NCBI GenBank assembly: GCA_017654855.1
Contig: JAFMPO010000001.1
Location: 372,001-436,000 of the forward strand
Direction of reading: 5' to 3'
DNA: 64,000 nucleotides
From: Podospora anserina
Taxonomy: Eukaryota
A program made the translations under genes and the position numbers. Numbering within the stretch: position 1 is the first letter of the stretch; each line of letters begins with the position of its first letter. Below the pieces are notes generated by a model, which had not been told where the DNA came from, made no database searches, and saw only the letters and a list, made by a program, of their open reading frames with translations. Positions 1 through 13,634 of this stretch are shown here, piece after piece.

Positions 1-100
1 TGACGACCTTACTGTGAACAATAAGGCGACGCTCCTGGAGGATGGGGCTGGCAGCAGCCAGAATAGCGCCGCAGGCGGCGAGCATCGCTGAGGACTTCAT
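1..100 (-). CDS. 5' end of a secreted protein (runs off window); possibly CAP/SCP-like
   Basis: ATG at 100 gives MKSSAMLAACGAILAAASPILQERRLIVHSKVV, a signal peptide plus pro-like segment. There is a 5'UTR intron at ~121-294 (GTACGT...CTAAT...CAG). The family guess is weak. Confidence 0.7.
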   Translation of the reverse strand, partial: MKSSAMLAACGAILAAASPILQERRLIVHSKVV

Positions 101-3100
101 ATTTGTGAAATCGGCGTGTCTGTCTAGAACATTAGTCTCGCGGTCTGATGCATTATCAAGGTTGAGTCAGATTGGTGAGAGCAGATAGCCAGAGGGGACT
201 CCCGTCACCCAACTTTCAAAGCAACAATATGATTGTGATGCATGAGACACGGCCCACGTGGGCATCAGAGAGACGTGCCAACCAGCAGACGTACCTAGAG
301 TGATGATAGTTCGGGTCTGAATGATGGATTGGTCGTGAGGCGATGGGTCTGAGATGGGAAGTTATGTACCCAGAGCCAGGTTGAGGGCAGCACTGCTGTC
401 GTTGCTTGATCCTTCAAGGATGTCGATGGGATCGTTCGCTTTTGTGAGACAGTCGTCGGTCCGCTGAGCTGGATCGAGATGACGTCTCTTGACTTGCCGC
501 ACCGGTCCGTCGATAAAACTGCTAGTGGAAGGAGTGACGAGAAAAGAATGCGTGACGATACTTGTCGTCGTCCACAACCAGGGTTCACGAGTACCGCAGT
601 AGCCACAGGATTCCGAGGTCGCCCTAACACCAAACGACAGCGCCGCCGTCAAGAGAGGTGTTGATGTTTTGGTTTGAGAAGGAGTGGAAAGTCGCCAAAT
701 CGAGCAGGGCACAAAAGTCGAAAAAGTCGAGAGACCAGAGATGGCGAACAGTTGGTAAGGAGTGGACTGAAGTTTTACTTCAAAAGGAGTGTTGGGGGAA
801 GAAGAGAAGGTGAGGAAGTGGTTGTGGGAAGGATGCAGTCCACGGGTCACACCAGAGAAGAAAAGGTGAAGAGTTGAAAGGTGAGAATCGAGAAAGGAAG
901 GATGGTGTTCTTAGCAGCGGGCAACGGGTGGGGCCCAAGCTGGAGCGTCAGGTTGAGGGGATCAGAATCCAGGGTGCTGGTCCCGGCTTCTTTGGCCCCC
1001 TTCAGACGTCACCTTAATTTTCTTGAATGCGGGGCGGACGGAGTGGAAATATCACGACCACGCCGCAGTTCTCAAGCAAACAGGCGGACCAGGGGAGGGG
1101 TTGATGCATCAACTGCACCAAGGGTTGGTTTTCAGGTGTGTGTCCAGATGTGAAGTTGGGTTTTGCTCACAAGGTAGGTTTCTTTACCAGACGATAGCGT
1201 CAGCGGTCCTTGACGTTTGGAACAGGAAAATGGCAGTGCGAAGTCCAATTCTATTATACTCGAACTACATCCACAACCGCGCAACGCAGCAGCAGCGGGT
1301 ATCCTGTGATGCCTTTCCAGGCTGCCGGCTGGGTCGCTGGGTTTCTCGGTCTTCTCAGGTGGTGTCACGTCAACTAGACAATTGGCTCCAAAACACAGGG
1401 AGCTGTCGTCCCATGTTTCTGATCAGGGCCGTTCATCGAGCCCTCGGTTTGATAGCCGCACTCCTCGAGACCCTTCTGGCCCAAAGTCTAGAGCCAATCA
1501 AATCGCTGTTCCTGAGGAGTGCCTTGCAGGACTTGGCGGGGTAGCTTGCAATTACCGGGGCTAACCTGGGTGCCCAGAGATTGGGAGAGCCAATGGACAC
1601 AACGGCGGTAACCCCCGCCTGTCTGAAACGACGCTAACAGCGGGTGGAGACCTTGACGAAATTCACCACTGCTCCCCCTGAGAAACTCCATCGACAAGCG
1701 TACGATCATGTTGCATTGTTAGGGTTGATAGGATCGTGCCGTCCAAAGCCTTAACATGACTCGATCGACGCCAGCATGTGTTGCAACACCAAACGATGTT
1801 TTATCAAGTTCTGAGATAATACAGTGCTTTCTATGATATTCGTGTATTGAATCTGTTAAGTTCCCAGTGGGGAAAAAACAAAACATATCCCCTGGTCTCA
1901 ATCATCACCATCTATCTGGATTGTATCCGATTCTGACAGGATCAGACTTGCGAAGCACAACCTCGAATCCTGCAGTGCAGGAATTTTGCTACGATACCCC
2001 CGGGCCACTTTTTATGCCGCTTCTGTGTAGTTGCAAACCTGGAGAGTCCTGGAGAGTCTGATCGAATTCCCTACTAGGTCGGCATACCTAGCAAATTTGC
2101 AAGATCGGAAACTAGATCTCTTGGGGCATGAGCTCGGTGTTTGAGAGCAGATTACACATCCGGGGTTTTGAGGATTTTGAGCAAAATTTCATCATCTTTG
2201 CCCTTCGTGCCTTCCACTTCCAGATATGCCCCGCGGGGAGCAGGCACAGGGCGGCAAACGCCCACATTTAAGGGGGGTCGATCACCGTTGGTCCAACTGC
2301 GGCCAGATTGTCGTGCGAGGAAGACGCGCAGGGGTTTCCCTACCGGTGGTTATGATATCCATGAAGGAAATCGGTCTCTAGCAACCGGCAACTTCATGCT
2401 CCTTCTGGTGTGGCTCTCTCCTGCGACGGGAGTGTGTATATTCGATTCTGGTGTCCGGGAAGTCTGGTTAAAGTATAAAACATTGCAACGTGGTGTGTGC
2501 GCCTCATCGACATAGCTGCTGATCCAGAAGATCGCTCCCATTTTCAGACCACATTCTACCAAAGACAAAGCTGCAGATTATGTGCGTATTCGACGCCGCA
2601 AAACCCTAATGACCTCTAAATGGAGGTCGATATTCTGCCCTTGAATCCGAAGAGGCCATCGGAATCTTTCCTGGCGGGATCTCTCGTTTTCGTCTCAGAC
2701 TTCAGAGTCGGCAAGTTTCCGTCGCGGAACGTGAGCCGCCGACTGCCTGCCTGCCTGATGCTCCCAGCTGTCCGTTGGTGACAGCCTCCTATATTTTGGA
2801 AGACGATGTTTGTCGCACAGCAGCGCATCCTTTTGCCACTATTTTACGCGTACCCCTGAGGAACGGGTGCAAGAATGTGGCCCATGAAGGCCTTGGGGGC
2901 GACTTGCTCATGGTGGCCGAGATGGCTTTTGACCTGGCCCGTGGTGCCCGTCTCCATCGGCCTCGACAGTGCTGTCCGCGACCATGACCACTTCATGTCC
3001 ATAAAACCGACCACAAAATGAAGGATATCTCCCCTATCACTCCACTCTCCGTTCCGTGCCACTTGTTGGGTCTGGGGAAGCAAAGCCCCATGACTGACGA

Positions 3101-5016
3101 GATGCCAATTTGATCAACCAGATGATGCCCTGTTTGTCTGACTGTTACGCGAGAACTGATGTGGAAGTTGTTCCGAGTGACTCAATAATAGCATACATAT
3201 TTTTGTCCGAGGCACGGTTCATACCCACCGCATGGGTCATGCCGGATGGGGATTTCCAGCAAGTTTAAATCGCTGCGGTAGATTGAGACCATCAACCCGT
3301 CATTGTGATCTCTGGTTGGAGAGGGGTCTTGCTGCAAGAAGGCCTACCTACGCCATCAAAATGTGGGTTTTTTGCTGCCGAATTCTTTACATCAAAAACC
3401 CCTCATTGAAACATGCCCAGCTTCCAGTCTCCGAGACAGATGAGTGGATGACTACCTATGATCACTTTTTATTGTATGGTCGGTTTCTCTCGGGATATTG
3501 GTTGAGTAGCCTGCAGGTGTCCTTGTTTTGCATATATTAATCTCCTTGCAATGGCCAACTCAAACTACATGATTGCTGCCATAGCCTGTCAAGGGTAGTG
3601 AGCACAAGACCACAACATATACCGCCGTGGTCCAGTTGAGTGAAGGCAAGTGCTGACAGACCAGGCAAGGCCTCCGAGACACTGAAGGACATCATGGCAG
3701 GCTGAGTTGAGGATTAAAACACCAGTTCCCTAGGTTAAGACATTGTCATCAAGACATGGCTGATTCACTCCGCTCAACTCCGGTTTCGCTATGCCAGCAA
3801 TCAGGTCGCCAAAATGTGTCGCGGCTTTCCTGTCCACCTTTCTCAACTTGAGATCCCTATATCCAGGGAATACTCCGTTCATCTGGTCACTCATACACAT
3901 CATGACCGAATATGTCCAAAGAAATGGTGGTCAGAGTGTACCAAACGAAGCACAGAGCCCGGGAGCGTTCTCCTCCGAACTCAGTGCGGAGAACCTCCAG
4001 CCTCTAATAGTGCTAGGATGCTATTTCGAGCCCTTTCCGTACCTTGGTCACAGTCACAGTTGCATTTTCACGTTTTGTGACCAGTCGTTGACGTTGTTGG
4101 TCGTGAACGAGAGAAGCTCGGCTCGGAGATATCGCCCCGCGAGTTCTGGTCATCATGGAGAACTGAGCTCAATCTCTGTAAAAGTTCCCTTTGACTGGTG
4201 CTGCGAACCTAGTTACAGTTGCGTGTGTGGCTGCCATGGCAACACAGGGGGACCTTTAGTGTAATATGATCGTTCTTGTCATCGAGGTTCGCGTAAGCCG
4301 TTAATGGTACACATTAAAACATTACGTGTCCACGACGAGCACGAGCAGATCTTCCACTTGCTGAATAGTCGATGAAATGGCCCGGAAAGTGTTGGCCCAG
4401 GAGAAGTCATTGTGGATCTAACTACGCGGCTGTTCGTGTTTGTGTGAAACATCGACTTTCCCGAATTGACGCAAAATATAAACAGGAGTGGTTTATGAGA
4501 CAAACATACTGGATGGCAGACAGCAGCGGGTTTAGCTGCGCCCCATTTCCGACGTGAAAGACCGCCAACGTCCCTGGGTATGACGAATGAGGCTGAGACT
4601 CAATCCGCTTGAATGTGTACTGCTCTGGAGGCAGACAGCTTGGTGCAAGCTTCTTCATCATGACTCTTCAGAGAGCTACCACAAGACTCCACGTACCCGG
4701 AAGTCTTGCCTCGACGAAGAGAATGAAACACAACCTTGTCTCGGCGTGCCTCGCCCCACTGCCCCTGCAACTGTTCTCAGTCAAGAAAAAATAGCGAGTG
4801 GATGATATACGCAGAATACGCAGAAGGACAGTCAACCGCGAAACTCTGGACAAACTTCAGATTCACCTTCCTCCTGTCGTGTTGGGTTTCTACTATATAC
4901 AGAGCCCAGACGTGTGCATCCATCTATCCCCCATATCGAGACAGGTAGGTAAAGAAAGAAGAGCTCGTCACATCTTTCAAGCGCAGACAGAAAGCCCCTC
5001 AGAATTCCACCCAGGC

Positions 5017-5833
5017 TTAGGAGGACTGGGACTTCTCAGCAATGAATGGCTTCTCCCACGCCGGGACCGGTGAGTGGGCATAGATCTGCTTCTGTCTGAG
5101 GTGGACGGGTGTTGACTGCTTGGGCTGGTCAGGAATGACCTTCTCGAGCTTCTGTTGATCATGAACATGTAGGTTAGCTTGCGACATCGTCCGGTGGGTG
5201 ATATATGTGACTGGGCTCGGTTCCAGGGACATGACGCACCAGGTTGTCGAAAACACACTTGTTCAGTTTCCACTCATCGGGGCGGCACTGCCAAAGCTGA
5301 TGGTTGTTGTTCTCGAGACATGTCCAGTGGGCGCGGAACTGCTCCAGGCATGACTTGTTGATATCCTCGATGCTGGTGATCAATCGTATCTGTCAGCTCT
5401 CATGGCCTCTTCCTGCAATGTGTCGTTGTCGAAATCCAGCATGGATCCATTCCCCTAAGCCAGAAATCCAACAAGGGGCACGTACACGCTCCGGGCGCAT
5501 CTGGTGACCCGCCGCCCCTCCTTCAGGCACTCAAACTCGCCCTTTCCGGGGTTCACAGTCTTGCATTGCATGTAGTCATCATTGTAGTCCTTGCACCGCG
5601 CGCCGATGAAGAAAGCAGCCGAGAGAAGAGGGGCAGAGCTGGCGCCGACCTCCTTGACTTTGGGGATCGAATCTGGCAGCGGCGTCGGGTCGATGAGGAT
5701 CTGCTGGTTGAAGCTATCGATTATGTCAGTGATTCCGTGCTCCAGGGCGCTGCTTCCCCTCAATCACACCAATTGGTGAACTGGGCTTGGAAGCCGTCAC
5801 AAAGCACACGTACGTGGGTTTTCTGGCTGCCAT
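5017..5833 (-). CDS. nuo20.8: NADH:ubiquinone oxidoreductase 20.8 kDa subunit (NDUFA8), multi-exon
   Basis: Spliced pieces MAARKP / FNQQILIDPTPLPDSIPKVKEVGASSAPLLSAAFFIGARCKDYNDDYMQC...RCARSV / IEDINKSCLEQFRAHWTCLENNNHQLWQCR / KLEKVIPDQP..., with CX9C motifs. Confidence 0.95.
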
Positions 5834-6342
5834 CTTGACGGTGTTGGCGGGCCTAACTTGGCTGCGAAGCTATGAGTGTTTTGGAGCTCTGGCGATGCTT
5901 GGAGTTGCTGGAGGTTCGGCTTCCTGACGTGTGGGTCCCACCCGCTGGTGGATGATTGGCTTTACCAAGGTGAGGCGCCCTGCCCGCACGGTGAGGACCC
6001 ACTGGAAACGCGGTCTGCGCCAGTGAGCAACGAAGAAAGCCTGGGCCAGCTTTTGATGGAGCTCAGTTTTTGAAGACTGCAAGCCGAACAAAACATTCAA
6101 CCACTCCATATCCGACAAAGTCCAACAGCAACTTTACACATCTTATCCCTTCTTCATCAGTTGCTTGCGACAAGGCCACAGGAAATAAAAAGTACAAGCT
6201 AGACAACTATAATTGCATCTCCGGCGCGCATCCCTCCCGGTCAATACTCCTCGTCGCCGTTTGTTTTCGGTCCCTCGATTTGCGACCTTCCGTTTGTCTC
6301 CCTACCTTACGCGTTCCATTCGACCAGATTTATCACTTTTCG

Positions 6343-7526
6343 ATGTTTTCAACCGCCACTAAGCCCGCGGGGCAGAACATCTTCGGTAATAGCATGTTTG
6401 CGCAACCAGCTGCCAGTGTAAGAAGAGTCTCGTCTCTCAACGAATGGGCGTGATGCTAATTCGACGGTAGCAACAGCAGCAGCAACAGCAGCAGGCGCAA
6501 CCACAAGCGCAACAACAAGCACCTTTGGCGCTAGGGCAGACTTTGACCAACTCGACCCAACAGCTGGGCAGCTCAATATGGCAACCTGGGAGCCAGACAA
6601 ACTGTATGTTTTGCTTCTTATCACCCAACCCATCACTCCTTACTACATGATTGTGTGATGTTCCGTGCTAACCAGTGCCGTTTGTTCGCCGAACCAGTTC
6701 AGAAGCCAATTCCTGATCAGATCAAGCTCATCACCGAGAAATGGGACCCCTCGAACCCCAACTGCGTTTTCCGCACCTATCTCTACAACAAGGTCGAGGA
6801 GCACGCTGTACCACACTACCACCCCGGTCCTCAGGACGACCCCAAGGAGTGGGACGAGGCTCTTCGTAACAAGCCTGCGGCCAACTTCATGCCCGTTCTC
6901 TGCGCTGGCTTCCCAGCTATCGTTGCGCGCCTAACGTTGCAACGAAGGGCCCTTGCCGAGTTCAACAACAAGCTCCATGCCATCAACGCCAGCTTAGACG
7001 CGATTCTTTCTCGTCACGATTTGGAGCACTCTGTTCGTGCGCTCAATGCGCGGAGGAAGCATGCGGAGCAGAGCAGGCGTTGCTTGGTTTTGGCCGCCAA
7101 GGTCCAGATTCTGCGCAACAGGGGTTACGCGCTTTCTGGCGATGAGGATCAGCTCAAGCAGAAGCTTCAGAAGATCGACAAGGACCTGCAGGACCCTGCT
7201 TTGAGCGCGCGGTTGGAGGAGTTGTGGAGCCGTCTTATCATTCTCAGGCAGTATGCCGACAGCCTCAAGGACGAGATCAACAAGCCTGGCGCTCTTGAAA
7301 ATGGGGGCTTGAGCGAGGATGTGGAGGCAAAGGCGAAGAAGGTTGGTGTTTCCCCATCGCAAAGCAACTCTGAAACCCCAGGGCTAACAGTGCTGTTTAG
7401 ATCCTCGAAGACTACGACAAGCAACTTCAGCACCTTAGAAAGCAGGTTGAGGAAGCCAAGAAGGACTTTGACGAGTGGGAAAAGGAACATAAGCCAGCAC
7501 CGGCTCCGTCAAAGAAGGCACGCTAG
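6343..7526 (+). CDS. NUP57: Central-channel nucleoporin Nup57/Nup54 family, 3 introns
   Basis: Short N-terminal FG/polyQ segment, KWDPSNPNCVFRTYLYNKV, QILRNRGYALSGDED and LEELWSRL coiled-coil motifs. The last exon is ILEDYDKQLQHL...KKAR*. Confidence 0.88.
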
Positions 7527-8203
7527 TCACATGCTACACCTGAATCGGCGAGGCTTACGACACGGTTTCACTAGGCTGTGTTGGTTTTCCAGTCTAGGGA
7601 CTCTATTGCATACTTCAACACGCAAGGAAGTTGTAGGGAAAAAATAGGACGAGACCTGGGCAGCACGGCGAAGGCGTTGGCGTGGATACGGATCTTTTGT
7701 AGAGTGTTGGTACTCAAAATTAGGGCATAATATTCGCCTTGTAATCATGAATCTATGGACCCCTCGTGACTGTTTTATGCTTTTTTCTTTCCTTCTCATT
7801 TTTGCCTGCAATTGCGAGGTATGTCCCGGATCTTTTGACTGGGAGCTGAGTTTTCAACAAACGCCTTGCCATGGAAGCCGCCAGATGGTTTTCAGCCTAT
7901 GCCAGAGACGCCGGCGGCTGGCTCCTGTTGGCCCTCTGGAAACGATCCCACTCACAATCCCCACAAAGAAAGAGCAGGCGCCGTGCCTAGTGTCACCGTC
8001 TATCGGATGGCTATCCCGTTACCACATGCAAGTGGGCAAGCGAGTAAGCCTGCCTTCCCTGCTCTAGTTCCCAGATAACACCCACTACTCTATTGTTGGT
8101 ACAGGGTGTTTATACATGGCCTGGTCGTCACGGTGGTGGTATTTGATGTATCGCAATACGTGACCAACAGGCTGTGGCAGGCATATCGAGTGTCTTGGAC
8201 CGT

Positions 8204-8491
8204 TTAGAAGACCTTGGAGACGGCATCGATGACGAAGGGGGCTGTACAAGGGGGCAAAGGTTAGAATCACCCAACCAGCCGGGGGAAGATAGAGATTGGG
8301 AATTTCATACAGAGGTAGAGAGCAGCGGCTGTGGCGATGACCCGCTGGATGGTGAAGGTGGCCTCCGCCTCGGCGGCGCGAAGCTCGGCCTCGGAGACTT
8401 GTGGGGGCACTGTTTCGATTATTTATTAGAATTTTTGGAAGGCGGTGAGATCTTGGAGGAGAGGGGGAGACAGTGACGTACAACCGAACAT
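8204..8491 (-). CDS. TOM5: Mitochondrial import receptor subunit Tom5 (3 exons; absent from the ORF track)
   Basis: Splicing two GT..AG introns gives [48 protein letters not shown], which matches the Neurospora Tom5 pattern. Confidence 0.92.
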
Positions 8492-9620
8492 TTTGATTCT
8501 GTGAAGGGGTTGTGGTGGTTATTTGTGTTTCGTGGTGGGAGGACGAGGTGGCCGGTGACGATGGTATCGATTGGGTGTTGCGATAGGATTGATTTTATTT
8601 TCTTTCTTCTGGGAACCTTGAAAGCTCAAACTTCGGATCCGGGTTCAAAGTCTGTGGATCAAGATCCAGTGTTTTGACCTTTCAGGCTTTTTCCTTGAAT
8701 TCTGACCCCACGATGGCAGTTTGAAAGAACTTGGCGGTCGGTATACTTTTTTTTTTCATGACGCCATCCCTAGTTCGGCAATCGGGCTTGAGGGCGGATG
8801 ACAGCGGCGCGAGCGCTGGCACCGCCTGCCCGGCGCAGAAGGTGGGCTTGGCATTGCGGCTCGGAATGGTACCCGGAGTACAATTACCTAAGACAACACC
8901 ATATGCAACGAACATGCAAAGCCGGTGAACCAGTCGGAGCGTTATCAGGAGGCCCCTAACCGAGAATACCCGACTGCCACCGCCTTCCCTTGAAACTAGC
9001 ATACAAACAACTGCTCCAGACTCCAGGGCCGTGGTTGATACTGGGGACCGATAACGGTGGGGGTGAGTGGACTGTCCTGGGGACTGGGGACCTCGGAGGG
9101 TGACAGTATGACTGGATAAGGGCTGCCATTGACTTTAAAGTTTGCCGCTTCTTCTTGCTCGTTATCTCTCTTACTTATCCCGTACCTGTCGTAGGTTGGG
9201 AATTCCAGCTTCTTTCGGCGAGTTTTCACCAGTCTAGCGGACAATCGCATATAGACCGGTTTGCTGCCTTGACGTCAACCTGGCTCGGGATTGTTCGTGG
9301 ACTGCCGTTAAAACCGACCCTATCTAAGCGCCATTGGACTGCCTCCCACGTCGTACTTCTTCTTACCTTTTTTCCCCCGTATTTTTTCATATTCTCCTCA
9401 TCCCTTGCGCCAGCAATACACGTCGGTGTCTACGGCCACACACGGCATCTTTGTGTGCCACTGAGCATTCAGGGTACAACCTTAACAATCCTTGGCCAGA
9501 AGTCTTTGTTCTGGACGGACGCGCGCTCTTGCGCCGCCATATCGACTTGTCCGGCCGTCATTGACACCTGGGCCCGATTGAATCTCACCGAGGTCTCGAA
9601 GCTCTTGTTCTCCGGTCACA

Positions 9621-12600
9621 ATGGCTTCCAGACAGCAGATGGCGCACCTGCGCAAGGTACCAGGTGCTTTGCTCCACGCTTCCCGAGCTTCAAGGCCACT
9701 TTTGCGACCTCGCATTGCAACTGCTTGCTCTACTCCCAAGGCACTCGCACGATGGGAGAGCACCACGAGCGCCGCCTGGGAAAGCCCGAAACCGACCCTC
9801 CGGACACCCGAGTTCCATAGACTGCCCGACCTGTTCCCTATCAATGAGAGCTTCACCAAACGGCATATCGGCCCGGACGATCAGGGCGTGCAGGAGATGC
9901 TCCAGGCTCTTTCGCCCCCTGTCAAGTCGCTTGACGAATTCGTGGAGCAAGTCATACCCGCGGATATCCGGTCAACCAGGGAGTTGTTTGTGACTGAGGG
10001 AAAGCAGTCTGAGAGCGAAACCATGTCGAGGGAGGGTCTCCAGGAATGGGAGGTTCAGAAGATCGCACAGGACATTGCTGGGACTCCCAACAAGTCGGAG
10101 AGATACTTCATTGGCGAAGGATACTACGGCACTTTGGTCCCTGAAGTAATCAAGCGCAATGTGCTCGAGAGCCCGGCTTGGTACACCAGTTATACGCCAT
10201 ACCAACCCGAGATCAGCCAGGGCCGTCTCGAGTCCCTGCTCAACTTTCAGACTTTGGTGACTGATCTGACAGCTCTCCCGGTTGCCAATGCTAGTTTGCT
10301 GGACGAGGGAACTGCGGCAGCCGAAGCGATGGCTATCTCCCTGAACTCGTTGCCTACGTCGAGGCAGAAGCTGAAAGGAAAGACGTTTGTTGTCTCCAAG
10401 TCAACTCATCCTGCGACAATCAAGGTGTTGTGCGGACGTGCTGAAGCGTTGGGGGTCGAGGTCGCCATTATGGACGTTAACGAGTCCACGCTCGCCAGCC
10501 TGCAGGAGTTGGGCGATAACTTGGTCGGTGTCATGCTCCAGTACCCTGATAGGTTCGGTAACGCTGCCGACTTCCGATCGATTGCCGATGCCGTTCACAA
10601 GCAAGGCGCGCTCCTCAGCGTCGGAACAGACCTGCTCGCACTTACTCTCTTAACCCCACCGGGCGAACTCGGTGCTGATATCGTGTTTGGAAACTCGCAA
10701 AGATTCGGTGTACCCTTCGGATCGGGAGGACCCCATGCTGCTTTCTTTGCCGTGCAGGAGAAGCTCAAGAGGAAGATGCCCGGTCGTCTTGTCGGCGTAT
10801 CCAAGGATCGTCTCGGTGGTCGTGCTCTTCGTCTGGCCTTGCAGACACGAGAACAGCATATCAGGAGAGAGAAGGCTACCAGCAATGTCTGCACTGCTCA
10901 AGCTTTGCTCGCCAACATGGCCGCATTTTACGCAGTTTACCACGGCCCTGAAGGTCTGAAGCGGATTGCTGAGAGATGCAACCTTGCTGCACGGGTTATT
11001 TGGGCGGCCGCTACACGCTATGGCTATGAAGCCCAGGAGCCGATTTTCGACAACGTTACCATCGACTTGCCAAACATGGCTGATAAGTTTTACCGTTTCG
11101 CAAAGGAGACTGGGGTCTACGTCAGACCAGTCGGCGAGAGCAAGGTTGCTATCAGCCTGGATGAGACAGTCACGGAGGAGGATTTGACCAGACTTGTCCA
11201 GATTCTTGGTGACTTCCGTTCCTGTCTGGTGCAGCAGTCGGCAAACTCTGGAGAGGATTATGCCTCCACTGTCAAGAGCTTGCTCGAGGAGCAGTCCGTC
11301 AGAACTGCCAACATACCCGAGACGCTGAAGAGGACCTCCCCGTACCTGACACATCCCGTCTTCAACAGCCACCACTCCGAGACAGAGATGCTCCGCTACA
11401 TCCACCACCTTCAGTCCAAGGATCTCTCCCTGGTGCACTCCATGATTCCTCTGGGCTCATGCACCATGAAGCTGAACGGTAGCGCTGAAATGTCGCTCAT
11501 CACCCTGCCAGGCTTTGCCAATGTTCATCCTGGACGTTTGAAGCAGAACATCAAGGCGCAGCCGATTTACACTATCATCTACGAGCTTGAGGAGCAGTTG
11601 AAGAGCATCACAGGCATGGATGGGGTGAGTTTGCAGCCAAACTCGGGTGCTCAGGGCGAGTACGCAGGTTTGCGGATTATCCGTAGCTACCTCGACTCTC
11701 AGCGCGGCCCTGACGATCCTGTCCGTGACATCTGCTTGATTCCTGTTTCGGCCCACGGCACGAATCCGGCGTCAGCAGCTATGGCGGGCATGCGTGTTGT
11801 CCCCATCAAGTGCGACACCAAGACGGGCAACTTGGATCTCGAGGACCTTCGGGCCAAGTGCGAGCAGCACTCCAAGCAGATTGGTGCCATTATGATCACC
11901 TACCCCAGCACCTTCGGTGTTTTCGAGCCGCAAATTAAGGAGGTCTGCAACATCATCCACTCCCATGGTGGCCAGGTGTACATGGATGGCGCCAACATGA
12001 ACGCTCAGATCGGCCTTTGCAGCCCTGGTGAAATTGGCGCAGATGTGTGCCATCTCAACCTGCACAAGACTTTCTGCATTCCCCACGGCGGTGGTGGCCC
12101 AGGTGTCGGCCCTGTCTGCGTCAAGAAGCATCTGGGTCCTCACCTTCCCATTTCTACGCTCCACAACTACCCCAACCATACCACAACGCAGGTGACCAGT
12201 GCGCCGTTTGGAAGCGCCGGTATCCTCCCCATCAGCTGGTCGTACATTGCTCTCATGGGCGCCGCCGGCCTCAAGAAGGCCACCCAGGTCGGCCTTCTCA
12301 ACGCCAACTATCTCCTCGCCAAGCTCAAGCCCCACTACTCGATTTTGTACACCAACGAGCACGGCAGATGCGCCCACGAGTTCATCCTGGACGTCCGGCC
12401 TTTCCAGGCCACCGCCGGCATCGAGGCGATCGACATCGCGAAGCGCCTGCAGGATTATGGCTTCCACGCTCCCACCATGAGCTGGCCCGTGGCCAACACC
12501 CTCATGATTGAACCTACCGAGTCCGAGTCCAAGGAGGAGCTTGACCGCTTCGTCGATGCTCTTGTCAGCATTCGCGAGGAGATTCGTGAGATTGAGGAGG

Positions 12601-12930
12601 GCAAGGCCCCGCGTGAGGGCAACGTCTTGAAGATGGCGCCTCATCCCATGGTGGATATCATTGGCGGCGATGGCGAGGAGGGAAGCAAGTGGGATAGACC
12701 TTATAGCCGCACCAAGGCTGCCTACCCGCTGCCTTGGCTCAAGGAGAAGAAGTTCTGGCCTAGTGTGGCGAGAATTAACGATAGTAAGTGACTTCTTGCC
12801 GTGTTATGGCATCGGTCTCAAGTACGCTGACATATTTCTAGCTTACGGAGATACCAACCTTTTCTGCACCTGCCCTCCTGTAGAGGACACGACGGGCGGT
12901 AATCTGTCTTCTGTTCAGACTTCTCAATAG
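9621..12930 (+). CDS. GCV2: Glycine decarboxylase P-protein (glycine cleavage system), mitochondrial
   Basis: YTPYQPEISQGRLE, REQHIRREKATSNVCTAQAL, PLGSCTMKLN and HLNLHKTF (PLP Lys) motifs. A terminal intron precedes YGDTNLFCTCPP. Has an Arg/Ser-rich presequence. Confidence 0.98.
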
Positions 12931-13634
12931 ACACACAAATGGGTTTTAGACGGGTGTTGCTCATAGACATTTCTTCTTCTGCGTTGGAGTTTATGGTTTC
13001 GAGGGGGCGTGGGTCAAAAGGCAGGCAAGGGGAGAGTTCAACAAGTATCTCCCAAAGAGGAAGGGAAGAAAAGGAGATGGGGTTCAACAATACGTTCGGC
13101 ATTGATTGGCTTTTTACATATACAAGCCGCAAACGGGAGTTTCTGAGCGGTTTGGCGGGATCTGGCAGCATTTTTCTCCTTTGCTTTTCAACATGCATGC
13201 ATCTCTAGATACCTTACAATAACACATCATCAGGTGGCTGGCTCTAGGGAGGAACTAAGGGAAAGGCGTTTTTCAACAAAGACGGGGTGGTTTGTCAAAA
13301 TAAATAGTGTCGGGACTGTCTTTCTCACTTTTTGTTTTCTTGAGCGTTGGAGTTGTTTGGGTGGATGGGTGAGCTCAACATTGTGAATCGACAGCTGGAA
13401 CCAACCCCAGGTCTCACGCACTCGGCTGTTCATCTATACGATCCACACTAAGATCCACGAAATAGAACGCTTTTTTTCTGTCAAGACGACTACTTAAATT
13501 GCTTCCCATTTTATTTTTGACCTCCATGAAAAATGACCGCTCCCAATATGCAACTCTGTCCTATCTATTGACAACTAACTCCCCATGGATATCTTGAACT
13601 CATACTTAACACCAATCAGATTGGCCTTTTGCGT

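Noticed and set aside
1100..4900. Many short ORFs in a long intergenic region
   Set aside because: None shows motifs or splice-supported structure.
10650..12644. Long antisense ORFs within GCV2 (also within SQT1, ADH and EMP70)
   Set aside because: Shadow ORFs caused by GC3 codon bias.
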